A DNA stretch of 64,000 nucleotides. Source: an uncultured Chloroflexia bacterium (GTDB lineage Bacteria > Chloroflexota > Anaerolineae > Anaerolineales > UBA4823). Under the pieces are notes generated by a model, which worked only from the letters and a program-made list of their open reading frames with translations, was not told where the DNA came from and did no database searches. Position numbers and translations under genes: made by a program. The DNA lies in NCBI GenBank assembly GCA_963725685.1, contig CAVRYZ010000008.1:398709-462708 (forward strand), read 5' to 3'. Below, in pieces: positions 19,654-29,350 of this stretch (positions within the stretch are counted from its first letter, which is position 1; each line of letters starts with the position of its first letter).

Positions 19654-20625
19654 ATGAAAATAGGACTTTTCACGGCGACGTTTTTGGATATGCACATTGA
19701 AGAAGTATTCAAGATGGCCTCGGGTTTAGGATACGAAGCGGTAGAGATGCCTGCATTTGCAAATAACCCGCACCTTGACATCGAAAAGATTGTCAAAGGC
19801 AAGAATGCGGCAACGTTGAAAAAGCTGGTTAAGTCGTACGGGTTGATCATCTCCGCATTAGCCAACCATCCGGAAGGGCAGATTGTGCTTGGACCCTATG
19901 GAAAAGACACGGACGCGATTTTCAAAGGTACCAAGGAAGAGAAGATCAAGTTTGGCACCGAACGCATGATCAAGACCGCTCAGGCAGCCAATGCCCTTGA
20001 GGTGCCTGTGGTAACCGGGTTCATTGGCTGCGAGAATTTTGGCCGTTTCTTCCCCTGGCCTTATTCGAAAGGTTGGGCGGATATGGAAGTAGAATTTGTA
20101 GAGCGCTGGAGCAAAATCCTGGATAGATTTGGCGAGTATGGAGTTAAATTCGCCCATGAACCGCACCCCAATGAGCTGGTCTACAATGTGGAAACCGCCC
20201 TGCGTGCAGTTGAGCTGATGGGAGGTCGTAAGGAGTTCGGTTTCAACTTCGACCCTGCCAACTTGATTTACCTGGGCATTGATGTGGAGAACTTTATCGA
20301 CGCCCTTGCCGGGCGAATCTTACACGTGCACGCCAAAGACGGTGAAGTGGTGGTTCACAACGTCCGCCGTTCAGGTGTGATCCCGCAAGGTGACTGGCAG
20401 CGCCTTGGACGTGGTTTCCGCTTTAGAATCCCCGGCTGGGGTTCTGTGCCCTGGAAGAAAGTGATCACCGAGCTTTCGATGATTGGGTACAATTACGTCA
20501 TGTCGTACGAGCATGAAGATGTCACCATGAGCCGTCACGACGGCATCACCAAGACGATTGCTTATCTGAAACCATTGATGATTGAGAACCCTTACGAAGG
20601 TCGCAACGACGTTTTATTCCAATAA
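19654..20625 (+). CDS. Sugar phosphate isomerase/epimerase (xylose isomerase-like TIM barrel)
   Basis: 323 aa with HEPHPNE, NFDPANL, HVHAKDG and SYEHED segments. Confidence 0.8.
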   Translation: MKIGLFTATFLDMHIEEVFKMASGLGYEAVEMPAFANNPHLDIEKIVKGKNAATLKKLVKSYGLIISALANHPEGQIVLGPYGKDTDAIFKGTKEEKIKFGTERMIKTAQAANALEVPVVTGFIGCENFGRFFPWPYSKGWADMEVEFVERWSKILDRFGEYGVKFAHEPHPNELVYNVETALRAVELMGGRKEFGFNFDPANLIYLGIDVENFIDALAGRILHVHAKDGEVVVHNVRRSGVIPQGDWQRLGRGFRFRIPGWGSVPWKKVITELSMIGYNYVMSYEHEDVTMSRHDGITKTIAYLKPLMIENPYEGRNDVLFQ

Positions 20626-20655
20626 TCTTTTACAACTGATCAAGGAGTAATTTCT

Positions 20656-21714
20656 ATGGCAAACATGATGAAAGCTGCGGTTTTTGAAAAGGTTGGTGTG
20701 ATCAAGGTCAAGGAAGTACCTGTGCCAGAGATCGGCGATGACGATGTGCTCATCAAAGTGAAATATACCGGCATCTGCGGGACTGATTGGAGCATCTACA
20801 ACGGCTGGTATTCTGCCGACAAATTGCCCATGATCCCCGGGCATGAATTTTCGGGCGAGATCGCCAAACTTGGCAAGAATACCAAAGATTTAAAAGAGGG
20901 CGACCGGGTTACTGCCGACATCAATATGAGCTGCGGCACCTGTTTTTACTGCCTACGTGGTGAAAAGCTGCTGTGCAATAATTTCACCCAGCTGGGCATC
21001 CACACAGACGGCACATTTGCTGAATATGTGAAAGCCCCCGCCGCACAGGTGCATAAGCTGCCCGAAAACCTGAGCTTCGAAGAAGGCGCTTTTATCGAGC
21101 CGGTCTCGTGCGTCATCCATGCCGCCAAAGCCATGGATGCACGGCTGGGTAGCAGCGTGGCTATCATTGGGTGCGGCCTTGGCGTGCTGCATGCCCGCAT
21201 GGCAGTGCTGCGCGCCTGCGCCCCGGTTATCATCTTCGGTGACAATCGCAAGCGGCTGAAGATCGCCAAGGAGATGGGCGCTGATTATGCCATCCATATT
21301 GATGATATTGCAGACCCGGTTGCGGACGTGATGCGCCTCACGGGTGGACGGGGTGCAGATTACGTTATTGAAGCCGTTGGGACGGTACAAACCTATGAGC
21401 AGGCGTTTGCCATGCTCCGTCGGGGTGGCAAGCTCTCAGCATTCGGCATTGTCGGTGAACAAGATACGATGAAGATACGCCCGTTTGAGTTTGTGCTGGG
21501 TGAAAAGAAAGTCACTGGCTCGTGCGCAGGCGTGGGCAGCGATTGGCCTGACGCAATGACCCTGATCTCGAACGGGCGGATTAATCCCAAGCCGCTGTTT
21601 TCGATGAAGATCCCGCTGGAAGACCTGGATTGGGCGCTGCACGAGCTGCGTAAAGACCCCAGCCTGTTCAAGATTTTCGTCTCACCAGAGATCAGCCAAA
21701 GGGAAGCGATGTGA
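20656..21714 (+). CDS. Zinc-binding alcohol/polyol dehydrogenase (MDR family)
   Basis: 352 aa with CGTDWSIYNG, GHEFSG, the structural Zn cluster CGTCFYCLRGEKLLC and a GCGLGV nucleotide loop. Confidence 0.85.
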   Translation: MANMMKAAVFEKVGVIKVKEVPVPEIGDDDVLIKVKYTGICGTDWSIYNGWYSADKLPMIPGHEFSGEIAKLGKNTKDLKEGDRVTADINMSCGTCFYCLRGEKLLCNNFTQLGIHTDGTFAEYVKAPAAQVHKLPENLSFEEGAFIEPVSCVIHAAKAMDARLGSSVAIIGCGLGVLHARMAVLRACAPVIIFGDNRKRLKIAKEMGADYAIHIDDIADPVADVMRLTGGRGADYVIEAVGTVQTYEQAFAMLRRGGKLSAFGIVGEQDTMKIRPFEFVLGEKKVTGSCAGVGSDWPDAMTLISNGRINPKPLFSMKIPLEDLDWALHELRKDPSLFKIFVSPEISQREAM

Positions 21715-21935
21715 TTATCTTGATGGGACTGTCAAAATGTAACTATATTGTGGAAAATATCCCGCAACGTAGTGGCGTAGGGGTGGGATTTGAACAAAAT
21801 ACACTAGAATATTTTCCCCTACGCCCACTTGGTGTGCTTTCGGTCAGAGTGCAGAGGTAATTAATCATGATATCTGGTCGCACACCTACTTTTAGGGCAG
21901 CCCCATACAAATAAACCACGATATGGAGTCACCCA

Positions 21936-22325
21936 TTGAAGATCAGCCGTATCGAGCATATCTCTATAAATGTGGTTGACATCGTTAAATCGTTGGATTT
22001 TTACTCCCGCATTATGGGATTCAAGCAGCTGCAGACGGTAGACTGCGGCGAATTCGACATTACCTATTTCGCATTGCCAGATGGCTCACGCCTGGAGCTG
22101 TTTGATTATCATGGTAAAAATCACGCCGTCCCACGCCCGGAGAGCGAAGCAGGTCTCAGGCATATCGCCTTCGAGGTGGAAAACGTGGCTGAACATGAAG
22201 AACGCCTGCGTGCGGCAGGTGTGGAGATCAGCCTGCCCACTTGTGACCTGCCTAACCTGGGGGCACGCGTGCTGTTATTCCTCGACCCGAACGGTGTGAC
22301 CCTTGAATTCTGTGAAAAACTATAA
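21936..22325 (+). CDS. VOC/glyoxalase family protein
   Basis: 129 aa. IEHISINV...GLRHIAFEV...LDPNGVTLEF is typical of glyoxalase I/VOC folds. The start is TTG with GGAG upstream. Confidence 0.75.
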   Translation: MKISRIEHISINVVDIVKSLDFYSRIMGFKQLQTVDCGEFDITYFALPDGSRLELFDYHGKNHAVPRPESEAGLRHIAFEVENVAEHEERLRAAGVEISLPTCDLPNLGARVLLFLDPNGVTLEFCEKL

Positions 22326-22398
22326 TCTCGTACCAATAATGGTATTTCCACCAGGCAACAAACGAAGAATGCTAATATCTTAGCGGAGGTAACTGCAA

Positions 22399-23640
22399 AT
22401 GGAGACAAAAGAAATCCTGCTTTCACCCATCAAGATCGGTACTCACACCAGCCCTAACCGGTTTTTCAGCCAACCCATGGAATGCACCGATGCGGATGCA
22501 GACGGCAATCCGACCGATCTAACCTATGCGCGCTATGAGAACCTGTTCAAAGGTGAAGCTGGTATGGTCTGCCTTGAGGCCATCACCATCACCGATAAGA
22601 ACCGCGGCCGGCTGAACCAGCTGTTCATTATGCCTCAGAACCTGCCTGCACTCACGAAATTTGTCAGGCGCCTGCGCGAAGTGAACCCGAAAACCATTTT
22701 TATCTACCAGCTCACCCACTCGGGTGAACTGAGTAACCCTGAATTTTCAAAACGCTTAGCGGTAAAACCACTGCCAGGGTTCGAGGCGGATGTTTTCACC
22801 GAAGATGAGTTTGAAAAGATCATGGATGATTTTGTCCTGGCTGCCAAGATCACCTACGACTTAGGTGCAGATGGGATCGATATGAAATTCTGCCATGGCT
22901 ATCTCGGGTCTCAAATCCTGCGCCCCTACAACACCCGTAAATGGAAATACGGTGGGAAGTGGGAAAACCGGCGCCAGTTCGCCTTTGACCTGTACGAGCG
23001 CATCCAGAAGGCTGTACCTGATAAAAACTTCCTGATTGGCTCTAAGATCTCGGTTTGGGAGGGTTTCCCGGGCGGGTTTGGCACGGCTGGACCTGATACC
23101 CCGGTGATTGACTTGACTGAGCCGATAGACCTGGTGAAAGGCCTGGAAGAGCGTGGGGCACAATATTTCGTACAATCTGCAGGCAGCCCCTCCATCACAA
23201 TCAGCCTCACCCAGGCAGATAAAGACCATCCATATTTTGCCTACCTGCACCAGTACTTTGCTAAAGTATTGAGAGAAAATCTCAAAAAGGAAACCGTGGT
23301 GATTGGCTCGAACTACTCGGTGTTTGGCAAGGGCAGGAGCAAGCTGCAGGCAGTGAGCCATAAAGACAGCGCTTTGTTGGCGTATGGTGCTCAGAACATC
23401 GCCAAGGGTTACACAGATATGATCGGTCTCGGTCGCCAGTCATTGGCTGACCCGTTATTACCCTTGAAGTTGCGTGAAGGCCGGGAGAAGGAGATTAATT
23501 ATTGCACCACCTGTGATAACTGCCTTGAGCTGCTCATCCGCCAGAAGCCGATCGGCTGCTGCACGTATAACAAATACTACACCAAAGTATTGGTCAATAC
23601 GCGCAAGGAAAAGGGAAGCCTGAAGGAAATGCACACCTAG
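22399..23640 (+). CDS. Old Yellow Enzyme-like NADH:flavin oxidoreductase with a C-terminal Cys cluster
   Basis: 413 aa. OYE TIM-barrel segments are GADGIDMKFCHGYL and IGLGRQSLADP. A 4Fe-4S-like motif CTTCDNC...GCC follows, as in the 2,4-dienoyl-CoA reductase N-terminal module. There is no C-terminal FAD/NADPH domain. Confidence 0.8.
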   Translation: METKEILLSPIKIGTHTSPNRFFSQPMECTDADADGNPTDLTYARYENLFKGEAGMVCLEAITITDKNRGRLNQLFIMPQNLPALTKFVRRLREVNPKTIFIYQLTHSGELSNPEFSKRLAVKPLPGFEADVFTEDEFEKIMDDFVLAAKITYDLGADGIDMKFCHGYLGSQILRPYNTRKWKYGGKWENRRQFAFDLYERIQKAVPDKNFLIGSKISVWEGFPGGFGTAGPDTPVIDLTEPIDLVKGLEERGAQYFVQSAGSPSITISLTQADKDHPYFAYLHQYFAKVLRENLKKETVVIGSNYSVFGKGRSKLQAVSHKDSALLAYGAQNIAKGYTDMIGLGRQSLADPLLPLKLREGREKEINYCTTCDNCLELLIRQKPIGCCTYNKYYTKVLVNTRKEKGSLKEMHT

Positions 23641-23662
23641 GTCCAGGTCCGGTTATTGATGT

Positions 23663-23700
23663 AAAGGCCTGCCAAAAAATGTAAAGGCAGGCCTTTATCT
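23663..23700 (+). terminator. Rho-independent terminator
   Basis: AAAGGCCTGCC-aaaaaatgtaaa-GGCAGGCCTTT followed by ATCTT, located 23 nt after the OYE stop. Confidence 0.6.
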
Positions 23701-23819
23701 TGATTGTTGAACTGTGTTACCAGATAATTTCCTTCCAATCAAATTTAGCCTTTCGGTGTGCGTGATAGAATCCTGGCGATAAAATCCCAATCAGGCATAG
23801 ACTGGGAAAGGGAAAGATC

Positions 23820-24790
23820 ATGCAATACAGAAAATTTGGGAGAACTAATCTCCTCGTTAGTGAAATTGGGCATGGTTTGTGGGGGATGGGTGGTTGGACG
23901 GGATCGAATGACAGGCAGTCACTATCTGCTTTGCAAAAGTCGCTCGAGATGGGCTGCAATTTTTATGATAGCGCCTGGGCGTACGGGAGGGGTCCCAGCG
24001 ACAAATTGCTGGGGAACTGATTAAGGACAATCCGGGCACGACGATCGTTGCTGCCAGCAAGGTGCCGCCTAAAAACTTCCGATGGCCAGGTTCTTCGAAA
24101 GACAAACTGAAGGATGTGTTTCCACGCCAGCATATTCTTAATTTCACGGAGCGGATCCTGGATGGTATTGGAAGAGCACCTTTGGACTTGCTGCAATTTC
24201 ATGTATGGGACGATTCATGGACCGACGATGATGATTGGAAGCAGGCTATATCAGACCTGAAATCGAAAAACCTGATCCGCTTATTTGGCTTGAGTATTAA
24301 TCGCTGGGAACCCTGGAACGGAATCAGGGCGCTCAAGACCGGTCTGGTGGATGCAGTGCAGGTTATCTATAATATTTTCGACCAGGCACCTGAGGATGAG
24401 CTGTTCCCAGTGTGTAAAAAGATGGATATTGGGGTGATCGCCCGTGTGCCATTAGATGAGGGTGGATTATCCGGTACGTTAACCGATGATACACTCTTTC
24501 CGAGAGATGACTGGCGAGCCCGGTATTTTGGACCTGAGAACCTGCATCAAACGGTGGTGCGGGCGAATGCGCTGAAAGAATTATTGCCCAATGGCATGAG
24601 CCTGCCCGAAATGGCTCTGCGATTTACCTTGACCGATAATGCCGTGAGTACAACCATCGTGGGTATGCGGAATTTAGAACACCTGGAGGAGGATGTACGG
24701 GTGAGCGACGGGATCGGTTTACCTGAGGAATTAATCACCAGGCTGCGACCGCATCGATGGGATCGCAAGGTTGCTTCCTGGTCAGATTGA
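23820..24790 (+). pseudogene. Aldo/keto reductase interrupted by a 1-nt frameshift in a G4 run (pseudogene or homopolymer sequencing error)
   Basis: Frame A reads MQYRKFGRTNLLVSEIGHGLWGMGG...AWAYGRGPSDKLLGN*. The AKR continues in the next frame as ELIKDNPGTTIVAASKVPPKNFRW... to 24790. Adding one G to the GGGG run at 24011-24014 restores ...SDKLLGELIKDNPG.... Confidence 0.7.
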
Positions 24791-25003
24791 GGACCGGATT
24801 GTCACTTAGCCTGCATGCAGCTTACGGCGTGGGATTCCCATGCTTCAACCGTGAAATGCCCCAGAATCTGCGGTACATTTCATTATTTTATCTGCATCAT
24901 CGCATCGATTTTTTATGTTCAGGCTTTAATAGTTCGTGACGGATAATATCATGCTGTTTGACTTGCTCGTCGAAATAAACGGATTGCACTTCGCGCTTAA
25001 TGA

Positions 25004-26920
25004 TTATGGGCAATTCAACCATTCGATAGGCTGGCTGCCAGCATTACCCAGTCCATAACCATAGGGAAAGAGGGGAGCAGCACAACCGGTGAGATTAGCT
25101 GAGTTATTGAGGTTGATGGGCAACTGATCGTTCGAACGCGGCCATGTGTACGGAAGCGTGCCGACAAATGGATAATTCCCAAACAATACATCGGCCACGC
25201 CCGCCCCCTCCGAACCTGGCAGCCAGGCTGCCACCCAGGCATCCGCGGTTTGGTACTGGTCAGTGATTACCAGCGGGCGACCAGACAGAATCACCACGAT
25301 CAATTTATCCACTTTTGGGCGTAATGCCTTGATGACTGCCAGATCCACCTGGTAGAGGGTTAAATCAGCCCGATCTCCCAGACCTTCTGCATAAGGTACC
25401 TCACCCACAATCGCAATACCCACCGGGGCCTTACCGCTGAAACTCGCAAATTGACCCGAGCTATTGTACAGCACTTGAGTATTGGGACCAACCAGTTCCT
25501 GGATTCCTTCCAAAATGGTCGTTCCCAGCAGGGCGTTTCTTTGCTCCCCCTGCCAATCCAGCGTCCAACCACCTGCCTGGATCCCGGTGCTGTTGATCCC
25601 GGCCACCAGAATGGTCGAAACATTTTTATCAATCGGAAGAGCTGTATTGTCGTTCTTTAGTAGCACCAGCGATTCGCGTACCGCCTGGCGAGCCAGGGCT
25701 CTGTGCTCATCCGAGCCGACCGTCGCGGCTAAGGTTGGATCACCATAAGGATTTTCGAACAAGCCCAGCATAAACTTGGCGCGCAGGATACGGCGCACCG
25801 CATCGTCAATGCGCCCTTGAGTAATATCGCCATTCTCCACTGCATATTTCATGGTGTAGAAGAATTTCTGATAATAATAAGGCACCATATTCATATCAAT
25901 GCCCGCATTGATGGCAGTCACAACTGCCTGGTAGTAATCAGGATCCACCTTATCGATACCGCCCCAGTCAGAGACGATAAAACCCTGGAAACCAAGTTCA
26001 CCCTTGAGCACATCCGTCAGTAAATACCGCTGGGCATGCATCTTTACCCCATTCCAGCTGCTGAAGGAGACCATCACACTCATGGCGCCCGAATTCACGG
26101 CGGCCTGATAGGGAGGCAGGTATAAGCGGCGCAATGTCGCCTCATCCACCTGCGTGTCGCCTGTATCCAGCATGTACTGGTGGTACATGTACTGCTGGAT
26201 TGAGCCCCAGGTTGTACCTCCATCTCCGATAAAGTGTTTGGGGGTTGCCAGGGCATAAAGGATTTGACCTTCACTGGCGCTGTATCCTTGGGGGATGGTT
26301 TGAAAACCCTGGATATAAGCCGCAGAGAGCTCGGTCACCAGGGCAGTATCCTCGCTGAAGCCTTCATACGTGCGACCCCAGCGGATATCCTGTGGAACAG
26401 CCACGCATGGGGCAAAGTTCCAGGGGATACCCGCGGCGCGCATCTCCTCGGCAGTCACCTGCCCGATCTGGCGTACCAGCTCCGGGTCACGCGTAGCTCC
26501 CAGGCCGATGTTGTGGGGAAAAATCGTCGCGCCATTGACATGCCCAAAACCATGCACCGAGTCCACCCCGAAGATCAAGGGGATGCCCAGGCGCGACTTT
26601 ACCGCCTCAACCTCATAACTCTTCGCCACGCCGGTCCAATCTGCAAGCGAGTAAAAGCCCGAACTGTTCCCGCCGCTCAGAACGGAACCGATGAAATATT
26701 TGACAACTTCAGCAGGGGGAAATAAATAATAAGGGGAAATGCTGTTGTTTTCCGCCTGGGTCATCTGGCCGATCTTCTCTTCCAGGGTCATGCGGGAAAG
26801 CAAATCTTCAACGCGCACCTCCACTGGCTGGCTTGGATCCTTATACGGCACCGTTTTCGACTTCAGGGTGCACGAGACTAATAGAAGTACAAACAGCAGA
26901 AGAAAGGTTGTACGTTTCAT
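25004..26920 (-). CDS. Glycoside hydrolase family 3 (beta-glucosidase/beta-hexosaminidase-like) lipoprotein
   Basis: 638 aa. The lipobox is LLLVSC. GH3 motifs include GVDSVHG and the nucleophile region GFIVSDWGG. Confidence 0.9.
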   Translation of the reverse strand: MKRTTFLLLFVLLLVSCTLKSKTVPYKDPSQPVEVRVEDLLSRMTLEEKIGQMTQAENNSISPYYLFPPAEVVKYFIGSVLSGGNSSGFYSLADWTGVAKSYEVEAVKSRLGIPLIFGVDSVHGFGHVNGATIFPHNIGLGATRDPELVRQIGQVTAEEMRAAGIPWNFAPCVAVPQDIRWGRTYEGFSEDTALVTELSAAYIQGFQTIPQGYSASEGQILYALATPKHFIGDGGTTWGSIQQYMYHQYMLDTGDTQVDEATLRRLYLPPYQAAVNSGAMSVMVSFSSWNGVKMHAQRYLLTDVLKGELGFQGFIVSDWGGIDKVDPDYYQAVVTAINAGIDMNMVPYYYQKFFYTMKYAVENGDITQGRIDDAVRRILRAKFMLGLFENPYGDPTLAATVGSDEHRALARQAVRESLVLLKNDNTALPIDKNVSTILVAGINSTGIQAGGWTLDWQGEQRNALLGTTILEGIQELVGPNTQVLYNSSGQFASFSGKAPVGIAIVGEVPYAEGLGDRADLTLYQVDLAVIKALRPKVDKLIVVILSGRPLVITDQYQTADAWVAAWLPGSEGAGVADVLFGNYPFVGTLPYTWPRSNDQLPINLNNSANLTGCAAPLFPYGYGLGNAGSQPIEWLNCP

Positions 26921-27232
26921 AACTCATCCTACCCGTTTAAAGAGGTCTTTCCCTACGAAATGCTGACTAGGCCTTGCGTATCACCCATCGCGGGGGATAC
27001 GACCGTCGCGGCAATCCCTGTGAGCAGGTGGCATAAGGATCAGCTCCAGGTCGCGCGCGATGAAGCGGACCACCTTTTCGATGGTTAGCATTTTCTGTTA
27101 AAGATAAAGTATACAACAAGCTACCTAATTATCAACATAAGGGATCACTATATTGGTTATCAGCATGAGCACCATTGACCATTGGGTCAAGGTATTTCGA
27201 GATGGATTTTTGGAATAGTGACGTTCAATGAT

Positions 27233-27260
27233 GTAGAGACGCCCGTTGTGGCGTCTCTAC
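27233..27260 (-). terminator. Perfect 11-bp hairpin immediately downstream of the URO-D-like gene (possible terminator without a U-tract)
   Basis: GTAGAGACGCC-cgttgt-GGCGTCTCTAC lies 10 nt after the stop at 27271. No T-run follows on the reverse strand, so terminator function is uncertain. Confidence 0.35.
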
Positions 27261-27270
27261 GATATAAAAA

Positions 27271-28395
27271 TTAAAAGCTTTGGCGGTGTTTGGCACCATA
27301 GTTTAAGGCTTCTTCCAGGAAAGCCTCAATGTTCTCGAAGGGCGTGCCGGAGACAATCCCGTTCCCGGCGGCGAGGCACATACCACCATCCGGGCGATCG
27401 TAGGTATCGATCAAGCGGCGGACCTCAGATCGAACCCCTTCGGTATCCATCTCCTGCAGGGCATGCTGCACATCCACGCCGGCGAGGAAGGTCAGTTGGT
27501 CACCGAATTGGCGGGCAATGGCAGCTTCATCCATGGTACCTTTTTGGACGGGATGAAAGACATTTACTCCGGCCTCGATCAGATCAGGCAAGGCAAGCGT
27601 GTTGTTACCGCATGAATGCAACCACCAGTGTAAATGGTTCTTCCTTAGGAAGTCACCAATGCTGGCGTAGTAGGGCATGAGCAGGTCCTTGAACGTTTTT
27701 GGAGACATGAACAGCTGTCTTTGGTGACCCAGGTCATCACTGGTCCAGAATCCATCCGGTCGCAGCTCCCTGACGGCGCGCTGCAGATAACCCAGGTAGA
27801 GGTCACACAGTGCAGCATGCAGGCGATGGACTTCATTTGGATGGCGGTGATAATCCATCAACAAGGTGTACATGCCGCGGATTTCCCAGGGACGTTCGAA
27901 GAACAACCTCCAGCAGGCAAACAAAACATAGCGGTCCTGGCAATGAGCTTGCTCTGCCTGCAGCTTTAATTCGTCGAAACGCACATCCTGCTCCGGGTCG
28001 GGAAAATGGGCGATGAATTCATCTAGGAGCGACCAATCTTTTAACACGCAGCGGCTGTCATAAGGACCATCTTCCTTGAGATTCCAGGGTAGATTCCAAT
28101 GATGGTAGTCGGAAAGATCGATCCAGCAAAAAACCGCGTCCTCGGGGAAGCGTTCCAGGGTATTCAACTGTTCATGGTACTGCTCGCGCAAACCTTCACC
28201 CCACCAGCGCGCCATCACCAGTGGTATCCGGATTGGGTGATGGCGTTCGACTGCTTTAATCACTTCCTGGCGCGGTAATGGCCGGTAAAGGTCATCTGAA
28301 TCAGACATTTGATCAATCCCTATGGGCTTCAGATTATTCCAGTATGATTCATAAATAGCCTCAACCTGTTTGCAACAGATAAAGTCCATTTCCAT
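27271..28395 (-). CDS. Uroporphyrinogen decarboxylase (URO-D)-like family protein
   Basis: 374 aa. DDLGHQRQLFMSPKTFKDLLMPYY...LHSCGNNTLALPDLIEAGVNVFHPVQ matches the pattern I associate with URO-D/MtaA-like TIM barrels. The substrate is unknown. Confidence 0.6.
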   Translation of the reverse strand: MEMDFICCKQVEAIYESYWNNLKPIGIDQMSDSDDLYRPLPRQEVIKAVERHHPIRIPLVMARWWGEGLREQYHEQLNTLERFPEDAVFCWIDLSDYHHWNLPWNLKEDGPYDSRCVLKDWSLLDEFIAHFPDPEQDVRFDELKLQAEQAHCQDRYVLFACWRLFFERPWEIRGMYTLLMDYHRHPNEVHRLHAALCDLYLGYLQRAVRELRPDGFWTSDDLGHQRQLFMSPKTFKDLLMPYYASIGDFLRKNHLHWWLHSCGNNTLALPDLIEAGVNVFHPVQKGTMDEAAIARQFGDQLTFLAGVDVQHALQEMDTEGVRSEVRRLIDTYDRPDGGMCLAAGNGIVSGTPFENIEAFLEEALNYGAKHRQSF

Positions 28396-28667
28396 CCAAT
28401 ATCATCATATCACCAGACAAGACGGGATTTGCAGGAGACTTAAGCGATTAAATTGCTTGCGGAGGGTAATTATTGTATACTGAAGCTAATTCCATTGGGA
28501 AATTAGATAATTAAGCTGTTGATTTACTTTCGCTAAGAAACCAGGTATTGTTAATCCAATGATCTAAATCGAAGGGAAGTGAAGCAGAACGAAATTGTGA
28601 TCCTGGTCAAGACAGTTCATAAAATGATCAAATTCTAGCATTCATCAACCCCATATAAGGAGGAGCC

Positions 28668-29051
28668 ATGGAACGGAGATATCGCGCATTACGGATAATC
28701 GCTGACATTTACCGGTTACTTGGGTATATCGTGGCTGCAGTGACCATTTTGGCCATCCTGGCAATTTGTGGCCTATCGGTAGCCAGTGGCACTGTGGTCG
28801 AATCTTTTTCTCGAGATATAGGTATTAATTCAAGTGGGGCAGGAGTAGCAGGCAGCATCGTTGGCGGCCTTTTATTAAGCCTGGTCGTGCTGCTCTATGG
28901 TGGTATCGTGGCCGTATCTTTGATTGCGTTTGGAGAAGGGATTTACCTGTTAATTGCCGTTGAGGAAAATACCAGGAAGACCGCCCTGTTGATTCAAAAT
29001 CAGAGCAAGATCACCCCTCCAGCAGCGCAAGCGCAAATACCAGCAGCATAA
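28668..29051 (+). CDS. Small hypothetical membrane protein (2 predicted TM helices)
   Basis: 127 aa. AGGAGG precedes the ATG. There are two long hydrophobic segments and no recognisable family. Confidence 0.5.
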   Translation: MERRYRALRIIADIYRLLGYIVAAVTILAILAICGLSVASGTVVESFSRDIGINSSGAGVAGSIVGGLLLSLVVLLYGGIVAVSLIAFGEGIYLLIAVEENTRKTALLIQNQSKITPPAAQAQIPAA

Positions 29052-29291
29052 TATATTCGGAGATAGATCAGACGCTTCGTAAAACAACGCTGATGATGCT
29101 GGAAAATATATTTTGGAAATTTTGCCACAGCCAGCGTAGCAGCTAGAACAAGAAGACGCTGCAGGATCACTTGCTTCGCCGAAAACCAGCGTGGACAGGC
29201 GCAAGGACAATTTTCGAGCAATAAGGAGCAGATTACTTCCCACTCGCTTCGCTCGGGACAGGCGGGCTGACGCCCGCGCAATGATGCGTTA

Positions 29292-29327
29292 AAAATGGGC
29301 TGTCCGATTTAATGGACAGCCCATTTT
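29292..29327. terminator. Bidirectional terminator hairpin between convergent genes
   Basis: AAAATGGGCTGTCC-gatttaat-GGACAGCCCATTTT. The stem is flanked by an A-run and a T-run, so it can terminate transcription from both directions. Confidence 0.55.
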
Positions 29328-29350
29328 GTTTGCAAAGAATACCAGTAAGC

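Noticed and set aside
24005-24025. Programmed ribosomal frameshift in the AKR gene.
   Set aside because: There is no slippery heptamer or downstream structure, and AKRs are not known to use recoding. A homopolymer indel is the simpler explanation.
26981-27091. 36-aa reverse-strand ORF (MLTIEKVVRFIARDLELILMPPAHRDCRDGRIPRDG) in the GH3/URO-D intergenic region.
   Set aside because: It is too short, has no Shine-Dalgarno, and the C-terminal half is encoded by GC-rich hairpin-like sequence. I cannot tie it to any family.
29100-29290. GC-rich segment ending in ...CTCGCTTCGCTCGGGACAGGCGGGCTGACGCCCGC..., reminiscent of dispersed REP/MITE-like elements seen in some phyla.
   Set aside because: Only one copy is visible in this window, so repeat status cannot be supported. 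The small GCGGGC/GCCCGC hairpin alone is not informative.
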